Positions 51,026 through 64,000 of a stretch of 64,000 nucleotides of DNA are shown piece by piece (position 1 is the stretch's first letter; every line of letters starts with the position of its first letter). Below the pieces are notes generated by a model. It was not told where the DNA came from. It worked only from the letters and a program-made list of their open reading frames with translations, and did no database searches. Source of the stretch: Nemertoderma westbladi (lineage: Eukaryota; Animalia; Xenacoelomorpha); contig JAUCBJ010004802.1 of assembly GCA_032718475.1 (NCBI GenBank), forward strand, positions 1-64,000, in the 5' to 3' direction. Made by a program: the position numbers and the translations under genes.

Positions 51026-53278
51026 ATAATCTGTTGTTTCAGGCCAATTCGCGCACAAACCATATTATGAATTGAGATGCATTTATGAAAATGGATCATT
51101 CTGCTTTTACTAAGAATTAAAAACACTCACCTGTTCTTTGCTCTGTAAGTCAGCCATATATTATATTAAATACATTTATTTTTAAAAGGTTAAATTAATC
51201 GACAGTGTAATTAATGTAAATGTGGATCTACACAAATGAACTTTAATTATTAAAAATTAATAATAAGTATATACGTCATTGTTCAACAAATAGCACATTA
51301 TAGCGTCACGGCACGAGTGATTTTATTAACGAGGGCCGTAAAAGCTTTAATGTGCTAATTATGAACAATGGCGAATGTAATTTTATTTATTTGTGGTGAA
51401 TTATTTGTAGTTATGCACTCAAACTTTCTAGTAATAATAATGAACTCGGTGAAAACTATTAATAGTAGAACTGTGGGTCACCAAAGAGCGGTGATAATTA
51501 TCCATATTTTCTATTTGTGCAGTCACCTAGCAACACCAACTAACTATTCATGCTGCCATACTGCCAACCAATCAGCATTATATCCCTGGAACCCAGGAAG
51601 TAGGGACAGCTGAATATCAGCTGTTTATTAAACATCAATAATACTGTAATACAATAGTGCAGAATTTAGGTGTCGGAGCTAGGTAGCCTAATCTCACAAA
51701 GTTGACACGACTTTCTGACTCTGACAGTATGAGTTACCACCTATACCTATACAATACTCTGAACTGTCAGAATGGTTTTAAATGTTAATCAGTTAGTGTA
51801 GCAGTCGATTATGGATTACATTCCCTGACTGGGTACCGGAACCGCTGTAACTGATGCACTGTCTGACTGAATTGAACTGAACTAAGGTTAGGTAGTAAAA
51901 CGGCAGAACGGTACTATGCCCTGCCGTACAATATGAAGTATTTTTATTACACAAAATTTATTTTTAACAGCTTTATAACTGAAGTGTGTGCGTGTAGACC
52001 TGGACATTCCTGGTTTTAGGACCTCTGGTTTTGGTTTGACTATTTGAGGGACTATTTATTTTTTAATCTGATAATATGTACAGGACAGCTGTACCGGTAT
52101 GAAATAAGAAACCCACCCATGTTACAATAACTGAATAAGGCCTAGAGCGCAGAGCGGCCTCAACTATAATCTGCTAATTTAGTACGGTACCGGTAATTAA
52201 ACTTACCATCCGCTGTTCGTTTTAGGACTGCATTTTTGTGTTGTTTGTAGGCCCATCTGTTTCTTATACTTTTGTACTGTTGTTCAGTACAATTCAGTAA
52301 TTCAGTAACATAATTTGTCAGTGATGTTGGTTTTTATGGTTAGGGTTTGTTAGTCAGTTAGTGCGTGTAGTGTGTTGTGTTCAATATACGATGTTTTTTT
52401 TTACATTCGCGTGCGTCAGTGCGTAGGCCTATGCCAAAATTATACGCGTATATGAAATTGCACACACACTCATGTTAAATAGTGCATCCCGCATCCCGGT
52501 ACGCATATTTATATTTTAGCTCCTAGGCCTAATGTAATATGTTCGCTTTTAATAACGGTTTCTACAGTTCTATGTGTTTTACTGGCGTTGAATGCGTTGA
52601 ATGCTTCAACTTGAAGCATTCCATGGTATACCGGTATACAATATAGCATTATGCAGTACGATTTGTGTTTGGCAACTCCTGAGCCGAAATAACACCACGC
52701 GAAAGGCTGAAATAGAGAATTAGCATCACAATGGCTTGTCCTGACTGCGAACCTGTAACCACCGTTAACGTGACAACCTGACTGTACCAGGACAACAGGT
52801 TATTAAACAGTACTACACTACTGTATGTATATTCAGGGGCATTGTTGAGGGAGGACTAAACATTATTATTCAACAATGTTTAATATATATAATATTGTTC
52901 TGTTCATATTGGCCTAATGTTAATCATTGTTCCTCTTAGTTGGGGTAACAATCTAGGCATTAGGTTGTCATCGAAAAATATATTATATAAGTTTTCATTA
53001 CATATGTTGTTTAGCCTACCTAGCATGTTTACAGGCAGACAGGATTACTCTTGCCGATTAACTTTACGATAATCGATTATTCTCGGCTTGTCCATTCTGT
53101 AGTAGCTAAAACTTATTTATGGTACACATTGGTTCGTGAATGATTTCGCATAGCAAGTGAAGAATGCGGTTTATTGCAATACACCACAGACAAAACGAAA
53201 GCTTATCTCTCTCTTCTCTCTGCTTTAGAGTTTTATGTTAGTCAGTGAGGCAAAGAGGGCGCTCATCTAACTCCCTAG

Positions 53279-54673
53279 AGTCAACTATCCTTAAATATCT
53301 AACGGCCTACAACTGTGTTTGTCGGGTCAACTATCCTTAACTATCTAATGGCCTACAATTATGTTTGTCGGGTCAACTATCCTTAACTATCTAATGGCCT
53401 ACAATTGTGTTTGTCGGGTCAACTATCCTTAAATATCTAACGGCCTACAACTGTGTTTGTCGGGTCAACTATCCTTAACTATCTAATGGCCTACAATTGT
53501 GTTTGTCGGGTCAACTATCCTTAACTATCTAATGGCCTACAACTGTGTTTGTCGGGTCAACTATCCTTAACTATCTAATGGCCTACAATTGTGTTTGTCG
53601 GGTCAACTATCCTTAACTATCTAATGGCCTACAACTGTGTTTGTCGGGTCAACTATCCTTAACTATCTAATGGCCTGCAATTGTGTTTGTCGGGTCAACT
53701 ATCCTTAACTATCTAATGGCCTACAACTGTGTTTGTCGGGTCAACTATCCTTAACTATCTAATGGCCTACAACTGTGTTTGTCGGGTCAACTATCCTTAA
53801 CTATCTAATGGCTACAAACTATCCTTAACTATCTAATGGCCTACAACTGTGTTTGTCGGGTCAACTATCCTTAACTATCTAATGGCCTGCAATTGTGTTT
53901 GTCGGGTCAACTATCCTTAACTATCTAATGGCTACAAACTATCCTTAACTATCTAATGGCCTACAACTGTGTTTGTCGGGTCAACTATCCTTAACTATCT
54001 AATGGCCTACAATTGTGTTTGTCGGGTCAACTATCCTTAACTATCTAATGGCCTACAATTGTGTTTGTCGGGTCAACTATCCTTAAATATCTAACGGCCT
54101 ACAACTGTGTTTGTCGGGTCAACTATCCTTAACTATATCTAATGGCCTACAATTGTGTTTGTCGGGTCAACTATCCTTAACTATCTAATGGCCTACAACT
54201 GTGTTTGTCGGGTCAACTATCCTTAACTATCTAATGGCCTACAATTGTGTTTGTCGGGTCAACTATCCTTAACTATCTAATGGCCTACAACTATGTTTGT
54301 CGGGTCAACTATCCTTAACTATCTAACGGCCTACAACTGTGTTTGTCGGGTCAACTATCCTTAACTATCTAATAGCCTACAAACTATCCTTAACTATCTA
54401 ATGGCCTACAACTGTGTTCGTCGGGTCAACTGTCCTTAACTATCTAATGGCCTACAACTGTGTTTGTCGGGTCAACTATCCTTAACTATCTAATGGCCTA
54501 CAACTGTGTTTGTCGGGTCAACTATCCTTAACTATCTAATCGCCTACAACTGTGTTTGTCGGGTCAACTAACAATTAATAAACGTTGTAATATCCTTAAC
54601 TATCTAATGGCCTACAACTGTGTTTGTCGGGTCAACTATCCTTAACTATCTCATGGCCTAGAACTGTGTTTGT
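53279..54673. repeat. 46-bp satellite, ~30 copies
   Basis: Unit GTCGGGTCAACTATCCTTAACTATCTAATGGCCTACAACTGTGTTT. Confidence 0.95.
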
Positions 54674-55899
54674 CATTCTGTCTGTAATCATAATTGTTTC
54701 AATCATATCATCATTATTATTATTTGCCTATATTAGTCATCAATTCATGGTTTTCAAATAATGGTATACACCTACTATATAGATTTCTTGTTTGTCATGT
54801 CTGTAATGAATTGTCTGAATCATATTATATCATTTCATCATGTTAACCATCTTCTGAATTCATGCCACTTCTTTCACCTTTATTTGTTTTATCATTATTT
54901 GTATTTCTTATTAAAAAAAATTTAATAACTTTAATAATTTAATTTAATAACTTTTAATAATTAATTTTAACACACAACGCTTTGTTGTAATAAAGAAATA
55001 TAATTGTCATTAAAAATTTTTTTTGTTCATTATGTACACTGCCTGTATTTTTGTGCTCGAGTAAGTTTACTACTGCAATTAATTCACTATTTCTTTATTC
55101 TTCTATTAGTGATTCTGATTTTCTTTGGACTGCATTGTCGCTAATTGTTAATGTTTATTCATATATTTATATGTTTAGTTCTATAGTCAATCAATACTTA
55201 CATACATACATAATTGATAATCAACATTGTTGAATAGCAATTAATAAACGTTGTAAAACAATCAGATAGCCATCGCCATCGCCACAAAGCCACATGGGAC
55301 TTAGAAGCCATTATAAGCGAATATATAATACATTAGGCCTATCTGACGACACACGCATACGTGTATGTGATATTTAACATACTCTTATGTGTTTTATAAC
55401 TTCTTACACGAAAATGGGTTGGTAATGAATTTTCGTAATGAATATATAACAATACTTGAATGCTGATAAGCAATACCAGTTAGTTTTCCACAAACCATTA
55501 TTAATTCGGGCCCATATCATTAATGTTTCTTAGAACGTTGACTATTAGTTGGAATTTCAAAATCTGCATGCAGATTCATCATATCTGTTTTTAGTTTTGA
55601 GATATTGAGGGAAATGTAATTGGGACTAAAGAAGTGGGCGTGGCACCAAAGATTCCTTTTAAATATTCACTATAATCCCTAATTCACAATAATGTTATTG
55701 AATACAAGGTAATAAGAATATTTTCAAAATTACTATGATCAGTACACCAGTTGTACAATTTTCGAAGTGTGCTACTTAAAAATTGCAAGTTTCAAGTATC
55801 TGAAATGTGGATGTTTGTTGGTATAGAAACCAGTCTTCTGTAGCTAATTAGATATTTTTCAAAGAGTTTTGCACAAAGTCGTTCGTACCGTACGACAAT

Positions 55900-58800
55900 C
55901 AGTACGAACTATAACTGGTGGGCAGTAGGTACTTCAGCCAATCAGAGTACCCCATGTCCCGTACTATAACTGGTGGGCAGTAGGTACTTCAGCCAATCAG
56001 AGTACCCCATGTTCCGTACTATAACTGGTGGGCAGTAGGTACTTCAGCCAATCAGAGTTCCCCATGTCCCGTACTATAACTGGTGGGCAGTAGGTACTTC
56101 AGCCAATCAGAGTACCCCATGTCCCGTACTATAACTGGTGGGCAGTAGGTACTTCAGCCAATCAGAGTACCCCATGTCCCGTACTATAACTGGTGGGCAG
56201 TAGGTACTTCAGCCAATCAGAGTACCCCATGTCCCGTACTATAACTGGTGGGCAGTAGGTACTTCAGCCAATCAGAGTACCCCATGTCCCGTACTATAAC
56301 TGGTGGGCAGTAGGTACTTCAGCCAATCAGAGTACCCCATGTCCCGAACTATAACTGGTGGGCAGTAGGTACTTCAGCCAATCAGAGTACCCCATGTCCC
56401 GTACTATAACTGGTGGGCAGTAGGTACTTCAGCCAATCAGAGTACCCCATGTCCCGTACTATAACTGGTGGGCAGTAGGTTCTTCAGCCAATCAGAGTAC
56501 CCCATGTCCCGTACTATAACTGGTGGGCAGTAGGTACTTCAGCCAATCATAGTACGAACTATAACTGGTGGGCAGTAGGTACTTCAGCCAATCAGAGTAC
56601 CCCATGTTCCGTACTATAACTGGTGGGCAGTAGGTACTTCAGCCAATCATAGTACGAACTATAACTGGTGGGCAGTAGGTACTTCAGCCAATCAGAGTAC
56701 CCCATGTTCCGTACTATAACTGGTGGGCAGTAGGTACTTCAGCCAATCAGAGTACCCCATGTCCCGTACTATAACTGGTGGGCAGTAGGTAATTCAGCCA
56801 ATCAGAGTTCCCCATGTTCCGTACTATAACTGGTGGGCAGTAGGTACTTCAGCCAATCAGAGTACCCCATGTCCCGTACTATAACTGGTGGGCAGTAGGT
56901 ACTTCAGCCAATCAGAGTACCCCATGTCCCGTACTATAACTGGTGGGCAGTAGGTACTTCAGCCAATCAGAGTACCCCATGTCCCGTACTATAACTGGTG
57001 GGCAGTAGGTACTTCAGCCAATCAGAGTACCCCATGTCCCGTACTATAACTGGTGGGCAGTAGGTACTTCAGCCAATCATAGTACGAACTATAACTGGTG
57101 GGCAGTAGGTACTTCAGCCAATCAGAAGTACCCCATGTTCCGTACTATAACTGGTGGGCAGTAGGTTCTTCAGCCAATCAGAGTACCCCATGTCCCGTAC
57201 TATAACTGGTGGGCAGTAGGTACTTCAGCCAATCATAGTACGAACTATAACTGGTGGGCAGTAGGTACTTCAGCCAATCAGAGTACCCCATGTTCCGTAC
57301 TATAACTGGTGGGCAGTAGGTACTTCAGCCAATCAGAGTACCCCATGTCCCGTACTATAACTGGTGGGCAGTAGGTACTTCAGCCAATCAAAGTACCCCA
57401 TGTCCCATACTGTAACTGGTGGGCAGTAGGTACTTCAACCAATCAGAGTACCCCATGTTCCGTACTATAACTGGTGGGCAGTAGGTTCTTCAGCCAATCA
57501 GAGTACCCCATGTCCCGTACTATAACTGTTAGACAGTAGGTACTTCAGCCAATCATAGTACGAACTATAACTGGTGGGCAGTAGGTACTTCAGCCAATCA
57601 GAGTACCCCATGTTCCGTACTATAACTGGTGGGCAGTAGGTTCTTCAGCCAATCAGAGTACCCCATGTCCCGTACTATAACTGTGTAGGTACTTCAGCCA
57701 ATCATAGTACGAACTATAACTGGTGGGCAGTAGGTACTTCAGCCAATCAGAGTACCCCATGTTCCGTACTATAACGGGTGGGCAGTAGGTACTTCAGCCA
57801 ATCAGAGTACCCCATGTCCCGTACTATAACTGGTGGGCAGTAGGTACTTCAGCCAATCAGAGTACCCCATGTTCCGTACTATAACGGGTGGGCAGTAGGT
57901 ACTTCAGCCAATCAGAGTACCCCATGTCCCGTACTATAACTGGTGGGCAGTAGGTAATTCAGCCAATCAGAGTTCCCCATGTTCCGTACTATAACGGGTG
58001 GGCAGTAGGTACTTCAGCCAATCAGAGTACCCTTATGTCCCGTACTATAACTGGTGGGCAGTAGGTACTTCAGCCAATCAGAGTACCCCATGTTCCGTAC
58101 TATAACTGGTGGGCAGTAGGTTCTTCAGCCAATCAGAGTACCCCATGTCCCGTACTATAACTGTTAGACAGTAGGTACTTCAGCCAATCATAGTACGAAC
58201 TATAACTGATGGGCAGTAGGTACTTCAGCCAATCAGAGTACCCCATGTTCCGTACTATAACTGGTGGGCAGTAGGTACTTCAGCCAATCAGAGTACCCCA
58301 TGTTCCGTACTATAACGGGTGGGCAGTAGGTACTTCAGCCAATCAGAGTACCCCATGTCCCGTACTATAACTGGTGGGCAGTAGGTACTTCAGCCAATCA
58401 GAGTACCCCATGTCCCGTACTATAACTGGTGGGCAGTAGGTACTTCAGCCAATCAGAGTACCCCATGTCCCGTACTATAACTGGTGGGCAGTAGGTACTT
58501 CAGCCAATCAGAGTACCCCATGTCCCGTACTATAACTGGTGGGCAGTAGGTACTTCAGCCAATCAGAGTACCCCATGTTCCGTACTATAACTGGTGGGCA
58601 GTAGGTACTTCAGCCAATCAGAGTACCCCATGTCCCGTACTATAACTGGTGGGCAGTAGGTACTTCAGCCAATCAGAGTACCCCATGTCCCGTACTATAA
58701 CTGGTGGGCAGTAGGTACTTCAGCCAATCAGAGTACCCCATGTCCCGTACTATAACTGGTGGGCAGTAGGTACTTCAGCCAATCAGAGTACCCCATGTTC

Positions 58801-61800
58801 CGTACTATAACTGGTGGGCAGTAGGTACTTCAGCCAATCAGAGTACCCCATGTCCCGTACTATAACTGGTGGGCAGTAGGTACTTCAGCCAATCATAGTA
58901 CGAACTATAACTGGTGGGCAGTAGGTACTTCAGCCAATCAGAGTACCCCATGTTCCGTACTATAACTGGTGGGCAGTAGGTACTTCAGCCAATCAGAGTA
59001 CCCCATGTCCCGTACTATAACTGGTGGGCAGTAGGTACTTCAGCCAATCAAAGTACCCCATGTCCCATACTGTAACTGGTGGGCAGTAGGTACTTCAACC
59101 AATCAGAGTACCCCATGTTCCGTACTATAACTGGTGGGCAGTAGGTTCTTCAGCCAATCAGAGTACCCCATGTCCCGTACTATAACTGTTAGACAGTAGG
59201 TACTTCAGCCAATCATAGTACGAACTATAACTGGTGGGCAGTAGGTACTTCAGCCAATCAGAGTACCCCATGTTCCGTACTATAACTGGTGGGCAGTAGG
59301 TTCTTCAGCCAATCAGAGTACCCCATGTCCCGTACTATAACTGGTAGGCAGTAGGTACTTCAGCCAATCAGAGTAACCCATGTCCCGTACTATAACTGGT
59401 GGGCAGTAGGTACTTCAGCCAATCATAGTACGAACTATAACTGGTGGGCAGTAGGTACTTCAGCCAATCAGAGTACCCCATGTTCCGTACTATAACTGGT
59501 GGGCAGTAGGTACTTCAGCCAATCAGAGTACCCCATGTCCCGTACTATAACTGGTGGGCAGTAGGTACTTCAGCCAATCAAAGTACCCCATGTCCCATAC
59601 TGTAACTGGTGGGCAGTAGGTACTTCAACCAATCAGAGTACCCCATGTTCCGTACTATAACTGGTGGGCAGTAGGTTCTTCAGCCAATCAGAGTACCCCA
59701 TGTCCCGTACTATAACTGTTAGACAGTAGGTACTTCAGCCAATCATAGTACGAACTATAACTGGTGGGCAGTAGGTACTTCAGCCAATCAGAGTACCCCA
59801 TGTTCCGTACTATAACTGGTGGGCAGTAGGTTCTTCAGCCAATCAGAGTACCCCATGTCCCGTACTATAACTGTTAGACAGTAGGTACTTCAGCCAATCA
59901 TAGTACGAACTATAACTGGTGGGCAGTAGGTACTTCAGCCAATCAGAGTACCCCATGTTCCGTACTATAACGGGTGGGCAGTAGGTACTTCAGCCAATCA
60001 GAGTACCCCATGTCCCGTACTATAACTGGTGGGCAGTAGGTACTTCAGCCAATCAGAGTACCCCATGTTCCGTACTATAACGGGTGGGCAGTAGGTACTT
60101 CAGCCAATCAGAGTACCCCATGTCCCGTACTATAACTGGTGGGCAGTAGGTAATTCAGCCAATCAGAGTTCCCCATGTTCCGTACTATAACGGGTGGGCA
60201 GTAGGTACTTCAGCCAATCAGAGTACCCTTATGTCCCGTACTATAACTGGTGGGCAGTAGGTACTTCAGCCAATCAGAGTACCCCATGTTCCGTACTATA
60301 ACTGGTGGGCAGTAGGTACTTCAGCCAATCAGAGTACCCCATGTCCCGTACTATAACTGTTAGACAGTAGGTACTTCAGCCAATCATAGTACGAACTATA
60401 ACTGATGGGCAGTAGGTACTTCAGCCAATCAGAGTACCCCATGTTCCGTACTATAACTGGTGGGCAGTAGGTACTTCAGCCAATCAGAGTACCCCATGTT
60501 CCGTACTATAACGGGTGGGCAGTAGGTACTTCAGCCAATCAGAGTACCCCATGTCCCGTACTATAACTGGTGGGCAGTAGGTACTTCAGCCAATCAGAGT
60601 ACCCCATGTCCCGTACTATAACTGGTGGGCAGTAGGTACTTCAGCCAATCAGAGTACCCCATGTCCCGTACTATAACTGGTGGGCAGTAGGTACTTCAGC
60701 CAATCAGAGTACCCCATGTCCCGTACTATAACTGGTGGGCAGTAGGTACTTCAGCCAATCAGAGTACCCCATGTCCCGTACTATAACTGGTGGGCAGTAG
60801 GTACTTCAGCCAATCAGAGTACCCCATGTCCCGTACTATAACTGTTAGACAGTAGGTACTTCAGCCAATCATAGTACGAACTATAACTGGTGGGCAGTAG
60901 GTACTTCAGCCAATCAGAGTACCCCATGTTCCGTACTATAACTGGTGGGCAGTAGGTACTTCAGCCAATCAGAGTACCCCATGTCCCGTACTATAACTGG
61001 TAGGCAGTAGGTACTTCAGCCAATCAGAGTACCCCATGTCCCGTACTATAACTGGTGGGCAGTAGGTACTTCAGCCAATCATAGTACCCGATACTATAAC
61101 TGGTGGGCAGTAGGTACTTCAGCCAATCAGAGTACCCCATGTCCCGTACTATAACTGGTGGGCAGTAGGTACTTCAGCCAATCAGAGTACCCCATGTCCC
61201 GTACTATAACTGGTGGGCAGTAGGTACTTCAGCCAATCAGAGTACCCCATGTCCCGTACTATAACTGGTGGGCAGTAGGTACTTCAGCCAATCAGAGTAC
61301 CCCATGTTCCGTACTATAACTGGTGGGCAGTAGGTACTTCAGCCAATCAGAGTACCCCATGTCCCGTACTATAACTGGTAGGCAGTAGGTACTTCAGCCA
61401 ATCATAGTACCCCATGTCCCGTACTATAACTGGTGGGCAGTAGGTACTTCAGCCAATCAGAGTACCCCATGTCCCGTACTATAACTGGTGGGCAGTAGGT
61501 ACTTCAGCCAATCAGAGTACCCCATGTCCCGTACTATAACTGGTGGGCAGTAGGTACTTCAGCCAATCAGAGTACCCCATGTTCCGTACTATAACTGGTG
61601 GGCAGTAGGTACTTCAGCCAATCAGAGTACCCCATGTTCCGTACTATAACGGGTGGGCAGTAGGTACTTCAGCCAATCAGAGTACCCCATGTCCCGTACT
61701 ATAACTGGTGGGCAGTAGGTACTTCAGCCAATCAGAGTACCCCATGTCCCGTACTATAACGGGTGGGCAGTAGGTACTTCAGCCAATCAGAGTACCCCAT

Positions 61801-62856
61801 GTCCCGTACTATAACTGGTGGGCAGTAGGTACTTCAGCCAATGCAGAGTACCCCATGTTCCGTACTATAACGGGTGGGCAGTAGGTACTTCAGCCAATCA
61901 GAGTACCCTATGTCCCGTACTATAACTGGTGGGCAGTAGGTACTTCAGCCAATCAGAGTACCCCATGTCCCGTACTATAACTGGTGGGCAGTAGGTACTT
62001 CAGCCAATCAGAGTACCCCATGTTCCGTACTATAACTGGTAGGCAGTAGGTTACTTCAGCCAATCATAGTACGAACTATAACTGCTGGGCAGTAGGTACT
62101 TCAGCCAATCAGAGTACCCCATGTCCCGTACTATAACTGGTGGGCAGTAGGTACTTCAGCCAATCAGAGTACCCCATGTTCCGTACTATAACTGGTGGGC
62201 AGTAGGTAATTCACCCAATCAGAGTGCCCCATGTCCCGTACTATAACTGGTGGGCAGTAGGTACTTCAGCCAATCAGAGTACCCCATGTTCCGTACTATA
62301 ACTGGTGGGCAGTAGGTAATTCACCCAATCAGAGTGCCCCATGTTCCGTACTATAACGGGTGGGCAGTAGGTACTTCAGCCAATCAGAGTACCCCATGTC
62401 CCGTACTATAACTGGTGGGCAGTAGGTACTTCAGCCAACCAGAGTACCCCATGTTCCGTACTATAACTGGTGGGCAGTAGGTACTTCACCCAATCAGAGT
62501 GCCCCATGTCCCGTACTATAACTGGTGGGCAGTAGGTACTTCAGCCAATCAGAGTACCCTTATGTCCCGTACTATAACTGGTGGGCAGTAGGTAATTCAC
62601 CCAATCAGAGTACCCCATGTTCCGTACTATAACTGGTAGGCAGTAGGTTATTCAGCCAATCATAGTACGAACTATAACTGATGGGCAGTAGGTACTTCAG
62701 CCAATCAGAGTACCCCATGTTCCGTACTATAACTGGTGGGCAGTAGGTACTTCAGCCAATCAGAGTACCCCATGTTCCGTACTATAACTGGTGGGCAGTA
62801 GGTAATTCAGCCAATCAGAGTACCCCATGTCCCGTACTATAACTGGTGGGCGGTAG
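55900..62856. repeat. 55-bp satellite (45-bp deletion variant interspersed), ~125-130 copies
   Basis: Unit ACTATAACTGGTGGGCAGTAGGTACTTCAGCCAATCAGAGTACCCCATGTCCCGT. Confidence 0.95.
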
Positions 62857-63461
62857 GTTGTTAGCGGGTGCAGATTTCCAGTTCACTGCAATCACTGTTG
62901 GTTGGACTAGTTAATCGCATTTCCTTCCCTTCAAACCACGGTCCTCGGTATTTCGTTGCATACTAAATGAGACTGTTTTATGATTCAATTCGAGTGCATC
63001 CCATATAACCATTAACCTTATATAGGTAACCTATAGAGCTCATCATACTACTAAATTTGATTCATATGATTTTCAACTTATCCCTCGCAAGTTTTGGTAA
63101 GATTGTTTTTTATACCACTCTACCCGTGATAATATCTGATTTTACAACTTGTTTCTTATAATTATTATTGGTATTTTTGTGTGAATCAGTTTTTTAAAGT
63201 GTTATAAATTTGGTTGGACACAGACAGCGTTGTAAAGTCGGCATTGGAGGTCTCGAGTTCGGTCCCATCTGTACGTTAATACCAATTTGTTTAGCTGAGC
63301 CCAATGTAAATTTTTTAAATTGTAATTTACATAATATTTTTTAAAGACATATAATTTAATAATATAATTTAATTATTTGGCCGTTGAATAAATATTAGTG
63401 GCACATAATGTAATTCCCGTGGCACATAATTAATTTATTTACTAATGATTCCGTTAGTAAT

Positions 63462-63504
63462 ATAATACACGTTCGTGGGGACTTCGCGCAGCACGAGGCC
63501 TAGT
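63462..63504. mobile_element. Terminus of the same family as 3867-4213
   Basis: ATACACGTTCGTGGGGACTTCGCGCAGCACGA is the near reverse complement of ~4178-4210; ends CTAGTT. Confidence 0.55.
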
Positions 63505-63723
63505 TATTATATACAAATTAAAATGCAGCGACTGTATCACAAAATCAGGTTTTGAGAAATTTACCCACACCACCAATCAATCAATGAAAGGTGGACAGTA
63601 CGTGTTCACCCCTTTTAATCTCCCCCCCCCCCCCCCCCCCCACCCTTCCCAACCACCAATACATAACCGCGACATCTACCACCCACGGAAGGGTAGCACG
63701 AACTTATTTCCAATCGCACGTTA

Positions 63724-64000
63724 AATATGCAAAGCCAGGTGGTTTATAGGAATATAATAAACGCAGTACTCGTTTTCATTATAAGCCTCTTTGCGTTCGT
63801 CCTGTTTTGTATTTAAATATATTTCTTAAACGCAAGCTAGGACGATCTTTATAATAATAATAACTAGGGATGCGATCAATATGTGAAGCCAGGTGGTTTA
63901 TATAATAATTTAGTCAACGCAGTACTCGTCTTCATTATATGCCTCGTTGCGCTCGTCGCTTGTCCTGTTTTGTCATAAAATATTTTTCCTAAACGCAGAC
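63724..64000. repeat. ~155-bp degenerate tandem repeat running off the window edge
   Basis: AATATG..AAGCCAGGTGGTTTATA..AACGCAGTACTCGT.TTCATTATA at ~63724 and ~63878. Confidence 0.7.

Noticed and set aside
48638-51070. 784-aa (FTIFYCFCTL)n and His-rich ORFs; minus-strand (ETIEYGEQGA)n
   Set aside because: A 30-bp unit keeps frames open trivially; the protein-like minus frame is broken by TAA in the ATATTATATT variants
51042-51115. Possible plus-strand terminal exon GQFAHKPYYELRCIYENGSFCFY*
   Set aside because: No upstream exon or recognisable homology to support it
53279-62856. CRISPR-like appearance of regular arrays
   Set aside because: No unique spacers, no cas genes, eukaryotic context

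Overview
AT-rich eukaryotic (animal, probably marine invertebrate) genomic DNA dominated by transposable elements and tandem repeats; no rRNA, tRNA or CRISPR seen. Left part (1-25.7 kb): a probable first exon of a CLIC-type gene, a cluster of Merlin-like DNA-transposon relics and MITEs, and a three-level nest. In the nest an RTE-like LINE is split by a 14.3-kb non-autonomous BEL/Pao LTR element (5-bp TSD TGTAT), whose unusual extra 3' ORF is split by a compact 3.9-kb Gypsy element with identical LTRs and a -1 frameshift signal. Right part: two paralogous LamG/ConA-like domain exons (minus strand) separated by a 10.8-kb intron that is almost pure 25-bp satellite with a solo LTR, a two-coding-exon Mn-CDF/MTP8-11-type metal transporter gene (plus strand), and further tandem arrays (21, 16, 32, 15/17, 30, 46 and 55 bp units), several of which appear to grow out of transposon termini. 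Best novelty candidates: the non-env ORF3 of the BEL/Pao element, TIR-seeded minisatellites, the CCAAT-box satellite, and a possible microexon chain that would nest the MTP gene inside the LamG gene. All family assignments are from motifs recognised by eye; no database search was run.
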